A stretch of 32,000 bases of DNA from Candidatus Saccharimonadota bacterium (GTDB lineage: Archaea; Nanohalarchaeota; Nanosalinia; Nanosalinales; Nanosalinaceae). Below the pieces are notes generated by a model. It was not told the DNA's origin. It worked only from the letters and a program-made list of their open reading frames with translations, and did no database searches. Made by a program: the position numbers and the translations under genes. Below, piece by piece: positions 8,452-16,773 of this stretch. The DNA is taken from the NCBI GenBank assembly GCA_001761425.1, contig CP012986.1:330001-362000 (forward strand), given 5' to 3'. Position 1 is the stretch's first letter; every line of letters starts with the position of its first letter.

Positions 8452-8817
8452 ATGTCAAGTAAAGAGGAAAAGTTAAATGAGCCGTTGGATGATCTGGACA
8501 GTGTCCAGGGGATTAAAGGAGCTGCTGTTGTCAGAAGAGATGGTTTACTGATCGCATCAAATCTTGGCCAGGACATTGATGATGATCAGGTTGGTGCGAT
8601 GACAGCATCCACGGTAGGATCAGGAGAAACCGCCAGCGAAGCATTAAGCATGGGAGATGTTGATCAGGTTACTGTAGAATCAGACAACGGCAAACTCATT
8701 GCTACAGGTGCAGGAGACGAAGGAATACTCGCAATACTAACAGAAAGCGACGTCAACATGGGCCTTATCAAGGTTGAAATGAGCGACGCAGTGGACAAAG
8801 TCAAAAAAGTCCTGTAA
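8452..8817 (+). CDS. Roadblock/LC7 (MglB-like) domain protein
   Basis: 121 aa. GIKGAAVVRRDGLLIASNL...GAMTASTVGSGE...VTVESDNGKLIATGAGDEGILAILTE fits the Roadblock/LC7 pattern. Lies directly downstream of the GTPase gene. Confidence 0.8.
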   Translation: MSSKEEKLNEPLDDLDSVQGIKGAAVVRRDGLLIASNLGQDIDDDQVGAMTASTVGSGETASEALSMGDVDQVTVESDNGKLIATGAGDEGILAILTESDVNMGLIKVEMSDAVDKVKKVL

Positions 8818-8847
8818 AGACTATCTTCTCACTTTGTTATCAATTAG

Positions 8848-8855
8848 TTATAAAA
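8848..8855 (+). promoter_or_regulatory. TATA-like box (TTATAAAA) for the divergent PaaK-like gene
   Basis: About 28 nt upstream of ATG 8879. Supports the shorter start. Confidence 0.4.
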
Positions 8856-8878
8856 TTATTTTTATCCAGGTTTTTAAC

Positions 8879-10129
8879 ATGTCTGTATTCTCTCGGCCGT
8901 ATGAATCTCTAGAAGGCCTGAGAAATGAGCTTGAAGATAGAAGTCTTCTAGACTACATGGTGGAAAATACACGGGGAGATGTAGAGGTTCCGTACAAAAA
9001 TAATAATTTGGATGAGGAGGCCTATGTTCAGGCGGTAATGGATATTCATTTTGATGAGGATTACGGTACTCCGTACTGGCTAGAGCACGCTAACAGGCTT
9101 GATTTCGATCCCAGAGAAGAGATCGATTCTTTCCAGGATCTTTCAAAGCTCGGCGTTGCAGATGAAGAGGCGCTCGTAGAGAGGCCTGTAGAGGATTTCA
9201 TGCCCCGATTATTCTCTAGAAACTTAGAAGAAGCGGACAATTACAGTGAACTTGTCCCAGATTCATCTGCTTATGATATGTCTAAGTCATCAGGTTCAAC
9301 GGGGAAGAAAAAGGTGATGCCCTGGAGAAAACATCTTTCAGATGAAGTATCGGACTGGTACAATTTCAACTTTGAATTAAGAGATATAGATGGAGGCAAC
9401 TGGCTGATCGCAGGCCCTCCAGGCCTTTACGAGAAACAGATTAGATCTGCCGCTGAGAAGAGAGGAGGATTCCCTTTATTCAGTGGGATAGAGACAAGAA
9501 GGCTTAAACCTCAGCTTAAACAGCTTGGCAGGCTAAGTGAGGAGCCTTATAGCTTCCTCAAAGACTCTGTAACGGAGCCAGGTAATATCAAAGAGGCTCT
9601 GGAAGGCCTTGTAAGGATGAAATATACTTTACGGGCGATGGAGGAGGATCTACAGTCTGAGGAGGTGGGTGTTATCGCGAGCGCGCCGGAGCCTGTTGAA
9701 CGAGTGCACGGGATGCTGGAGTCGGATGATGCCCGTTCTACGCCTGAAGATGTCAACGCATTGCTGATGAGTGGTATGGGGACGACACAGGAGACTGTAG
9801 ATAGATTGGAACAGAAATACCCTAATGCGGAAGCAATCCCGATGTATGCCACATCGTTTACGGGAGCAAACTTTGACAACCCCAAAAGTGATGACTTTGA
9901 ATATCATTCAATACATCCGTTCATCAGTTTTGATGTAGTAGAATCTGAAGGAACAGGGCTTGGAGATACTGTGGACTATGGGGAAAGAGGACAGGTCGTG
10001 CTCAACCATCTCTCTTCAGGGTTCCTCTGGCCTAACCAGACAGAAAGAGAGACAGCAGAGAGAAGGTTTCCAGCAGAACTATTTGGGGGAGGCGACGGGA
10101 TAGCTGATATAAGGCCTCTGTCTGACTAG
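8879..10129 (+). CDS. Divergent adenylate-forming enzyme, PaaK/coenzyme F390 synthetase-like
   Basis: N-terminal region parallels PaaK (YGTPYWLEHANRLDFDPREEIDSFQDLSKLGVADEEAL). P-loop-like SKSSGSTGKKKVMPW. MYATSFTG occupies the position of YGxTE. ATG 8879 preferred over the track's TTG 8834 because TTATAAAA lies 28 nt upstream. Confidence 0.5.
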   Translation: MSVFSRPYESLEGLRNELEDRSLLDYMVENTRGDVEVPYKNNNLDEEAYVQAVMDIHFDEDYGTPYWLEHANRLDFDPREEIDSFQDLSKLGVADEEALVERPVEDFMPRLFSRNLEEADNYSELVPDSSAYDMSKSSGSTGKKKVMPWRKHLSDEVSDWYNFNFELRDIDGGNWLIAGPPGLYEKQIRSAAEKRGGFPLFSGIETRRLKPQLKQLGRLSEEPYSFLKDSVTEPGNIKEALEGLVRMKYTLRAMEEDLQSEEVGVIASAPEPVERVHGMLESDDARSTPEDVNALLMSGMGTTQETVDRLEQKYPNAEAIPMYATSFTGANFDNPKSDDFEYHSIHPFISFDVVESEGTGLGDTVDYGERGQVVLNHLSSGFLWPNQTERETAERRFPAELFGGGDGIADIRPLSD

Positions 10130-10695
10130 ATGTTCTGTACACTTCGAAGCTGTTTTCTAATTGATCTGACATCAGGATGAACGTACTGAAGAATGTAGTT
10201 GTATCCCCAGACAAAACTTCTGTCGAGGTCATGTTTTAGCTCAGAGCTCTGAAGTTCCTCCCATGTTTCTTCCCCAAATTCAGATTTATCATGGTAATCT
10301 GTAGTGTGAGGTCCGTACGTAGGGTCTGCTACTATCCACTCTCCGTCAACTTTTATCTGTACAGGACCGTGGATAGAGCTTTCGGTCTCACCCTTGATCT
10401 TATTCTCCATCCTGCAGTTGATTAAAAATATTCTGGCAGGGATATCAAGAGAACGCAGGAGAGAAATCAGCAAGTTCGACTTGCTGAAACTCATAGCTTT
10501 ACTATTTTCCCTACCTAACAGGGCCTCAGAGCTCTCGATACTTCTCATATCCCAGCAGTAATTATCTCTAACCCACTCAAAAAGTTCTCTGGCAGACTTC
10601 TCCTTATCTTCTTCGTCGCTCACGATCCCTGCTGCCTTACTCCTAGTTCTCTCATTTACCGAGATCAGGTATCCAGAACCTCTGAATTCTGACAT
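10126..10695 (-). CDS. Transglutaminase-like (papain-fold) domain protein, nucleophile position Ser
   Basis: ELFEWVRDNYCWD...SKAMSFSKSNLLISLLRSLDIPARIF...SIHGPVQIKVDGEWIVADPTYG matches the transglutaminase-core order (nucleophile ... IPAR ... H ... W..DPT). ATG 10695 preferred over TTG 10701. The stop overlaps the stop of the convergent gene (CTAG 10126-10129). Confidence 0.55.
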   Translation of the reverse strand: MSEFRGSGYLISVNERTRSKAAGIVSDEEDKEKSARELFEWVRDNYCWDMRSIESSEALLGRENSKAMSFSKSNLLISLLRSLDIPARIFLINCRMENKIKGETESSIHGPVQIKVDGEWIVADPTYGPHTTDYHDKSEFGEETWEELQSSELKHDLDRSFVWGYNYILQYVHPDVRSIRKQLRSVQNI

Positions 10696-10715
10696 ATTCA
10701 AAGACTAAAACTGCA

Positions 10716-10753
10716 GAAATTAAAGTCTTCCCTGAACTCCCAAATATTATTTA
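10716..10753. promoter_or_regulatory. Divergent promoter region with two TATA-like boxes
   Basis: AATATTATTTA (10743-10753) lies about 29 nt upstream of ATG 10777 on the plus strand. CTTTAATTTC (complement of 10716-10725) lies about 26 nt upstream of ATG 10695 on the minus strand. Confidence 0.4.
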
Positions 10754-10776
10754 CTATTTGGGTACAAATCCCTGAT

Positions 10777-12219
10777 ATGCCTTTCCGGAGTACTGTAGCT
10801 TCATACTTTGAGGATCTGGCAAAAATACTTGATGGAGAAGATGAGCAACAGAGAATGGTCAGAGAAGGCCTTTCCCCAGGCATGACTGAAGAAGAGTTAA
10901 GCGAGTACCGGGACAGAAGAGTTTCTGAGCACATTAATCATGCGTATAACAATACTGATTTTTACAGAAATCTCCTTGATGAGGAAAATATAGATCCGGA
11001 GGAAATCCAGACAGTTGAGGACCTTTCCAGGATTCCTCCTACTACTGGAGAGGATCTTGAGCAGGCAGATATGGATTTCCCTGATTATCCGTTCCTAGCA
11101 ACAGGATGGGATGAAGTCGCAAGGGTCAATGAGAGTTCAGGTACCGGCGGAGGAGATCCGAAACAGCAGATGATGAGCTATGAAGATATGGAGAGGAACG
11201 GTCTTGAACAGGCGAGAATTTACGGCGGGGAGCTTGGTATCGATGAATCTGATACTGTACTACAGCTTCTGCCTTTCAGCCTTAATACCTCTGGTTTTAC
11301 AGGTTACAAGGGGGCTGAGGCTATTGACGCTACTCAGCTGACTGCTGGTGTTATGGTCCCTCCTGAGAAGCATGCTCAGCTGGTTGATGAATACCAACCT
11401 GAAGCAATCATCGCGCTTCCATCCTATGCCAATCGGTTTACAGATGTTCTTGAGCAACAAGGCATAGATCCGGCAGATTCATCTATAGAAAACGTGATCG
11501 TAGGAGGAGAGGCCTTCACAGATAAGCAACTGAGCATGATGGAGGATAAGTACGATGCCAGGGTAACACAGGCCTATGGCATGACAGAGGCAGGAGGAAT
11601 TACAGGCGGAGAAGTAGAAATAGGAAACGGCATGCATCTTCTGGAAGACAATTTTATCTTCGAGATAGTGGATCCTAAAACCTATGAGCCTGTAGAGGAT
11701 GGAGAAATCGGCGAAGTACTGTTTACACCTGTAGGGAGAGATGCAATGCCTCTGATAAGGTACGCACCTAGAGATTTCTCTCGTTTCAGGACTGATGAGG
11801 ATGTTATTAGTACTCCTTTTAGCAGGATCGATACTCCCTGGAGGAAACACAATGTAGCCGATATTGAAGGAGTTGAGATCTATCCAGGGAAAGTGGGGGA
11901 TAAGATACTGGATATAGACGAAGAGCTTAAGAGAGAACACGGCATCAACGGAGAGTTCAAGATCACCCTGGACTACGAAGAGGATGAGAGCCAGTACCAG
12001 ATGGATATAGAAGTTGAAGGAGATAGAAGAACTGAAATGGTAGAAAATGAGATGAAAGGATCTCTCTTCGAAATACTGGAGTTCAGCTCGATAGACTCAC
12101 AGACCGTGGCGGACATAAATGTAGATGTTGTGCCAAAAGGTGAACTCCAGACAAAGGGCAAGGCCGAGAGAATAGAGCTAACTGACGACTACAGAGAGTT
12201 TAAAGGAATGGAACTCTAA
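10777..12219 (+). CDS. Phenylacetate-CoA ligase/coenzyme F390 synthetase-like adenylate-forming enzyme
   Basis: NTDFYRNLLDEENIDPEEIQTVEDLSRIPPTTGEDL, NESSGTGGGDPKQQMMSY (variant of SSGTTGKPK), AYGMTEAGG (YGxTE), IRYAPRDFS (RYRTRD-like). Confidence 0.75.
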   Translation: MPFRSTVASYFEDLAKILDGEDEQQRMVREGLSPGMTEEELSEYRDRRVSEHINHAYNNTDFYRNLLDEENIDPEEIQTVEDLSRIPPTTGEDLEQADMDFPDYPFLATGWDEVARVNESSGTGGGDPKQQMMSYEDMERNGLEQARIYGGELGIDESDTVLQLLPFSLNTSGFTGYKGAEAIDATQLTAGVMVPPEKHAQLVDEYQPEAIIALPSYANRFTDVLEQQGIDPADSSIENVIVGGEAFTDKQLSMMEDKYDARVTQAYGMTEAGGITGGEVEIGNGMHLLEDNFIFEIVDPKTYEPVEDGEIGEVLFTPVGRDAMPLIRYAPRDFSRFRTDEDVISTPFSRIDTPWRKHNVADIEGVEIYPGKVGDKILDIDEELKREHGINGEFKITLDYEEDESQYQMDIEVEGDRRTEMVENEMKGSLFEILEFSSIDSQTVADINVDVVPKGELQTKGKAERIELTDDYREFKGMEL

Positions 12220-12229
12220 TTTAACTTAG

Positions 12230-12772
12230 ATGGCAAACGAGTTCTTCGGAAGACTGATGGACACCGGCGAATTCAGGTTCAATGAAAATGGGATTCTATT
12301 CTACTTCGGAGCACCAACAATGCTCTTCAACATTAATACTATGGTTTCGCTTCAGAAAGACCTAGAAGAAAAAAATGTAGCGGAGGAATCCCTCAAAAAA
12401 GTCGGAGGAAACCAATCAAGAAGAGCCCTGAAACGATACGAGGACAGATATAACTTCGATGAACTCAGCAGAAACGAGATAATGAAGTTCATAGACGATC
12501 TCACAGATGTAATCGCGCTCGGCGAATTCACAATAAGCAAGATGGACCAGAAAGAGGATATAGTATACGCCATAGAGAACAGGACCAATCCAATCGCCAG
12601 AGTCTACAGAAAAGAATATGGGGAAGCAGATTCACCAAGAGATTTCTTCCTCCAAGGCCTGATAGAGAAAGGCCTTGACGCACTTGAAAGTAAAGATCTT
12701 GAAGTAGAAGAAAAAGAATGCATGGCCAAGGGAGACGACAGATGCCTCTTTGTAGCAAGACCTAAAGACTGA
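12230..12772 (+). CDS. V4R (4-vinyl reductase-type) small-molecule-binding domain protein
   Basis: 180 aa. The C-terminal FFLQGLIEKGLDALESKDLEVEEKECMAKGDDRCLFVARPKD carries the paired-Cys V4R signature (C-x-A-x-GD-x-x-C-x-F). Starts 10 nt after the PaaK-like gene. Confidence 0.6.
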   Translation: MANEFFGRLMDTGEFRFNENGILFYFGAPTMLFNINTMVSLQKDLEEKNVAEESLKKVGGNQSRRALKRYEDRYNFDELSRNEIMKFIDDLTDVIALGEFTISKMDQKEDIVYAIENRTNPIARVYRKEYGEADSPRDFFLQGLIEKGLDALESKDLEVEEKECMAKGDDRCLFVARPKD

Positions 12773-13445
12773 GGCCTTTCTCAGGCTCCTTTACCTTAAG
12801 ACCGTTTTCATCTATCTCGACAGGATATACATCGTGCTCAAAGTTCGTCCTCCTCATCTTCTGGACTGTAAGCTTTCTGCCCATGTCTCCGCCAAAGCCG
12901 AGGCCTTTCATGATAAATACTCCGTCCACCACGTACTCTTCGACTCCATAACGAGTCAGGTTATCTTCATCAGGCTTCTCAGTAGTGAACAAAGTAGTAA
13001 CTTCTTCGCCCTTCATCTGCTTGATGATCTCGTAAAGCTCCTTTCTCACCTCTCCAGGAGCATTAGAATCCAGCCCCATACCGATCATGGAAACAGGGTC
13101 TATAACCACTCTGTCCGGGTTATGCTCGTTAATATATCCCCGCACATTGCTATCAAAGGTGAAGTCCTCTGTGAACGGATTGATGTACTCTATGGAAAAT
13201 CTTTCCTCATCCCTAAAACTCCAGCCGAACTCGTCTGCATCGCCAAGAATATCCTCCTCGTCCTCTTCCAAAGTAATGAAAAGACATCTCTCCCCTTTCT
13301 GAAGACCTTCCCACAGGAACTGACTCGAAAAAATAGTTTTACCCATTCCAGCACTACCGGAAATCAGAATAGTAGAGCCTTCAGGCACTCCTCCTTCAAT
13401 CAGTTCATCAAGGCCCTCCACGCCTGTAGAAATTCTCTCAGTCAT
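12762..13445 (-). CDS. KaiC/RecA-like single-domain ATPase, canonical motifs
   Basis: GVEGLDELIEGGVPEGSTILISGSAGMGKTIFSSQFLWEGL (Walker A), RVVIDPVSMIG (Walker B), VQKMRRTNFEHDVYPVEIDENGLKV. ATG 13445 preferred over TTG 13454. The 3' end overlaps the V4R gene's 3' end by 11 nt. Confidence 0.8.
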   Translation of the reverse strand: MTERISTGVEGLDELIEGGVPEGSTILISGSAGMGKTIFSSQFLWEGLQKGERCLFITLEEDEEDILGDADEFGWSFRDEERFSIEYINPFTEDFTFDSNVRGYINEHNPDRVVIDPVSMIGMGLDSNAPGEVRKELYEIIKQMKGEEVTTLFTTEKPDEDNLTRYGVEEYVVDGVFIMKGLGFGGDMGRKLTVQKMRRTNFEHDVYPVEIDENGLKVKEPEKGLSL

Positions 13446-13470
13446 AAGAAACAATTCCCTTTCCCTGAAT

Positions 13471-13505
13471 AAAAGATTATACCGAAGACAATCTCAATTA
13501 TTTAA
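13471..13505. promoter_or_regulatory. Divergent promoter region (KaiC-like gene and pheS)
   Basis: ATTATTTAA (13497-13505) lies 28 nt upstream of GTG 13529. TATAATCTTTT (complement of 13471-13481) lies about 32 nt upstream of ATG 13445. Confidence 0.4.
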
Positions 13506-13528
13506 GATTCCAACTCAGATAATTTTCT

Positions 13529-14941
13529 GTGAAGCTTTCAAGCCAGGCACTGGAAGTACTGAAGATTCTAAGAGAGCAGGGAGCACAGACAGTACAGGAT
13601 TTTGAGGAAAAAGGCCTTGACCAGTCAATGGTCAACCGTGCCGCACTGGAACTGGAGAAACAGGATCTAATTGAGAAGGAAGAGGACGAAAAATTAGAAT
13701 ACGTACTTACAGAGAAAGGCCTTGAGGTCAAGAAGAGAGGATCACCGGAGTACAGACTGGTACAGAAGGCCTCGGACGGTTCCGTGGAGATCGCAGAGCT
13801 GAACGAGATCCCTAAAGATGTCGCGATTGGAAAAGCCAGGGAAAGAGGCTGGATCGAGATTAGAGAAGGAAAAACACATCTGACCCCAGAAGGAGAGGAA
13901 ATCAGAGACGACCCTGTAAAACAGAGGCTTCAGGAGCAGGATTTCACGGAGGAACATGAAGACAGAGGCCTTGTAGAGATCGAAACAGATACTAAGAGAA
14001 GGCTTTCTCTTACGAGCGATGGTGAAGGCCTTGATCTGGAAGCTGTTGAGCTTGATTTTAATGTTGAAGCCCAGACTTCTACTCCGAAGACGGGAAAGAA
14101 ACATTACTACAAGAATATTCTTCAGTACGCACGTCAGACCTGGATGGAGATGGGTTTCGAGGAGATGGAGGGTGATTACGTTGTTCCGAGCTTCCTGAAC
14201 TTCGATGCCCTGTATACGCCTCAGGACCATCCGGCACGGGAGCTTCATGATACTTTCTTCGTGGAGAATCCTGAGAAGGCGGACCTGTCCGAGTACGGCG
14301 ATAAAGTCGAACACGTGAAAAAGACTCATGAGGCTGGCTGGAGTACAGGTTCTCGTGGCTACGGAGGTGACTGGAGCAAACAGGAAGCAGAGAGAAACGT
14401 ACTGAGAACACATACTACAGCGATTTCGGCGATGACTCTGCATGAAATCGATATTAATGATGAGGAACTGCCGAAGAAGTTCTTTATAGTCGGCAGAAAC
14501 TTCAGGAACGAAACCGTCGATCGTACACACCTCGCAGAGTTCTACCAGACTGACGGAATCGTGGTCGGAAAGGATCTCAACTTCGCCAATCTGAAAGGAT
14601 ACATCTCCAAGTTCTTCGAGAAAATGGGATACGAAAAATTCCGTTTGATACCCTCATACTATCCGTACACAGAAATGAGCGTAGAGGTACAGGTCTGGGA
14701 CGAGGAAGACGAGGAATGGCTCGGCATGGGAGGAGCAGGAATGTTCCGCCCAGAAGTCGTCAAACCGATGCTCGGCTTCGAAGCCAAAGTCCTTGCATGG
14801 GGCCTTGGAATCCCACGGATCGCATTCATGGCAGCAGGCCTCTCGGACATCAGAGAACTGTACAGGAACGACATCAAAATCATAAACGAGACACCGGTCT
14901 GGAGACCGGACTGGAAAACAGCAAGAGGCGAAAAGAAATGA
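13529..14941 (+). CDS. pheS: Phenylalanine--tRNA ligase alpha subunit (archaeal)
   Basis: N-terminal winged-helix repeats followed by a class II core: FDALYTPQDHPARELHDTFF, LRTHTTA, FIVGRNFRNE, FYQTDG, GAGMFRPEV, AWGLGIPRIAF. The GTG start has ATTATTTAA 28 nt upstream. Confidence 0.9.
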   Translation: MKLSSQALEVLKILREQGAQTVQDFEEKGLDQSMVNRAALELEKQDLIEKEEDEKLEYVLTEKGLEVKKRGSPEYRLVQKASDGSVEIAELNEIPKDVAIGKARERGWIEIREGKTHLTPEGEEIRDDPVKQRLQEQDFTEEHEDRGLVEIETDTKRRLSLTSDGEGLDLEAVELDFNVEAQTSTPKTGKKHYYKNILQYARQTWMEMGFEEMEGDYVVPSFLNFDALYTPQDHPARELHDTFFVENPEKADLSEYGDKVEHVKKTHEAGWSTGSRGYGGDWSKQEAERNVLRTHTTAISAMTLHEIDINDEELPKKFFIVGRNFRNETVDRTHLAEFYQTDGIVVGKDLNFANLKGYISKFFEKMGYEKFRLIPSYYPYTEMSVEVQVWDEEDEEWLGMGGAGMFRPEVVKPMLGFEAKVLAWGLGIPRIAFMAAGLSDIRELYRNDIKIINETPVWRPDWKTARGEKK

Positions 14942-14989
14942 CGAAAAAAAGTTTCCCAAATGACCGAACCACAGAGGCGATTCAGTAAA

Positions 14990-16636
14990 ATGGCAACTCT
15001 AGAGATAGATAAAAGAGAATTCGACGAACTACTGGGAAAAAACCTGGATAAAGAAAAACTTATCCAAGAAGCCTCATTCCTGGGAGCACACTGGCACAGC
15101 ATAAACGGAAACGTATGTGAAGTCGAGACATACCCGAACAGGCCCGACCTACTGAGCGTTGAAGGCCTCGCACGAGCTTACAGAGGATTTTTCGACATAA
15201 AAAACGGGCGGACAGAATACAATGTAGAGAAAGGCCATGTCCAGGTCAAAGTAGATGAAAGCGTCGAAGATGTAAGGCCTCACATCGGAGGAGCGGTAGT
15301 CCGAGGCCTTGAACTTTCAGAGAAAAAGATCAACGGCCTGATCCAGCTTCAGGAGAAGATGCACGAGACCATGGGCCGCAGGAGAGATAAACTGGCTATA
15401 GGCCTTCATGATCTTTCTACTGTCGAGGCTCCGTTCACATACAGGGCTGTGGAACCTGAAAAAGTTTCCTTTACTCCGCTGGAGTATGACAGGGATATGC
15501 AGCTGGGAGAGATTCTTGAGGAACACGGTAAAGGTCAGGACTATGCCTGGATTCTCGAAGATGAGGACAGATATCCTGTAATCGAAGATGCGGAAGGAAA
15601 AGTGCTGAGTTTCCCGCCTATCATCAACAACCAGTTGACAGAGGTAGATTCCGGGACTCAGGACGTTTTCATAGACGTGACGGGGAAAGATGAGGATACA
15701 GTTTTGAAGGCCTTGAACATCTTGACGACGGCTCTTGCTGAGAGAGGTGGCGAGATCGAGTCAGTAAATGTTGATGGCGAAAAGCTTCCCGATCTCTCCC
15801 CTGAAAAATTCAGTCTTGATCCCGAATACTTCAGAGAGGTTTCAGGCCTTGATCTGGAGAGGAAAGAGATTATGAAGCGTCTGGAGATGATGAAATACGA
15901 TGCAAAAGCGGAAGAGAATATACAGGTTGAGGTTCCGTGTTACAGGAACGACGTGATGCATCAGTACGACTTGATAGAAGATATCATCATCGCTCACAGA
16001 TACACAAATATAGAACCTGAGATACCGAACGTAGACCTGATCGGTTCTCAGAGAGACATCGAGGATACGGCAGAAGTAGTCCGGGACATATTGTCTGAAG
16101 CCGGTGCTATGGAAGCTCTGACCTATATCCACAATAGCAGAGATAACCTGACAGAAAAAATATGCAGAGAAGAAACCAACTTTGTCAAAGTCGATAACCC
16201 GCTGTCCGAAGACTACTCGGCACTGAGAGATATGATAACTCCTTCTCTGCTCGAAGTACTGAAGCAGAACAAGCACAGGGCCTATCCACAGGAATTCTTC
16301 GAAACAGGTACGGTTACAGAACTTGACGACTCCTATACAGGAGCCTCAAACCGGAAAAAAACAGCATACATCAAGTCAGGAAGCAACGTAGACTTCACAG
16401 ATGCCAGAGAAAAGCTCCAGATCCTGGAAAGAGATCTAGGCCTTGAAATAGAGGTCGAAGCGGATGAAAGGCCTTTCTTCCAGGATTCAAGGGCTGGAAA
16501 GATACTTCTGGACGGTGAAGAAATCGGTTTTATCGGCCAGTTCTCTGAAGAAGTCCTCGAGAACTGGAAGCTAGGTCATCCTACAGCAGGATTTGAACTT
16601 GATCTGGAGAAGGTTCAGGAAAAACTGAGAAAATAA
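14990..16636 (+). CDS. pheT: Phenylalanine--tRNA ligase beta subunit (archaeal)
   Basis: MATLEIDKREFDELLGK..., ETYPNRPDLLSVEGLARAY, PHIGGAVVRGL, VLSFPPIINN, RNDVMHQYDLIEDIIIAHRY; directly follows pheS. ATG 14990 preferred; in-frame ATG 14960 is possible. Confidence 0.9.
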   Translation: MATLEIDKREFDELLGKNLDKEKLIQEASFLGAHWHSINGNVCEVETYPNRPDLLSVEGLARAYRGFFDIKNGRTEYNVEKGHVQVKVDESVEDVRPHIGGAVVRGLELSEKKINGLIQLQEKMHETMGRRRDKLAIGLHDLSTVEAPFTYRAVEPEKVSFTPLEYDRDMQLGEILEEHGKGQDYAWILEDEDRYPVIEDAEGKVLSFPPIINNQLTEVDSGTQDVFIDVTGKDEDTVLKALNILTTALAERGGEIESVNVDGEKLPDLSPEKFSLDPEYFREVSGLDLERKEIMKRLEMMKYDAKAEENIQVEVPCYRNDVMHQYDLIEDIIIAHRYTNIEPEIPNVDLIGSQRDIEDTAEVVRDILSEAGAMEALTYIHNSRDNLTEKICREETNFVKVDNPLSEDYSALRDMITPSLLEVLKQNKHRAYPQEFFETGTVTELDDSYTGASNRKKTAYIKSGSNVDFTDAREKLQILERDLGLEIEVEADERPFFQDSRAGKILLDGEEIGFIGQFSEEVLENWKLGHPTAGFELDLEKVQEKLRK

Positions 16637-16699
16637 GATGTGTTTGAAGGCCTTGATGATGAACCCTGCGGGACCAAACTCATCCAGAGAGTTTGATTC

Positions 16700-16734
16700 G
16701 CACGAAGCTTGGATAAGCTCGTGCCACTCCTTTT
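16700..16734 (+). terminator. Hairpin plus T4 in the pheT/PspC convergent spacer
   Basis: GCACGAAGCTT-GGAT-AAGCTCGTGC (10 bp with one bulge, 16700-16724) followed by TTTT at 16731-16734, 64 nt after the pheT stop. Confidence 0.3.
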
Positions 16735-16773
16735 GACATGGGTTTGAATTTTGAGTGCTGAGAGGCCTTCGAA

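Noticed and set aside
12834-13472. 212-aa plus-strand ORF (and 13087-13302) opposite the KaiC-like gene
   Set aside because: The minus-strand product has complete Walker A/B and KaiC-like motifs. The plus-strand product is a low-complexity Ser/Leu/His-rich sequence.
13742-14530. 262-aa minus-strand ORF (plus 14079-14411 and 14654-15102) opposite pheS/pheT
   Set aside because: The plus strand encodes unmistakable PheRS subunits. The antisense products are Ser/Leu/Arg/Cys-rich with no recognisable motifs. This is typical of antisense frames of GA-rich acidic genes, which lack stop codons.
16651-16770. Possible box C/D sRNA (TGATGATGA at about 16654-16662, CTGA at about 16758-16761) in the pheT/PspC spacer
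   Set aside because: The boxes are about 100 nt apart, whereas archaeal C/D sRNAs are about 50-60 nt. No convincing C'/D' boxes or terminal stem are present. TGATGA also abuts an AGGCCT site and may be incidental.
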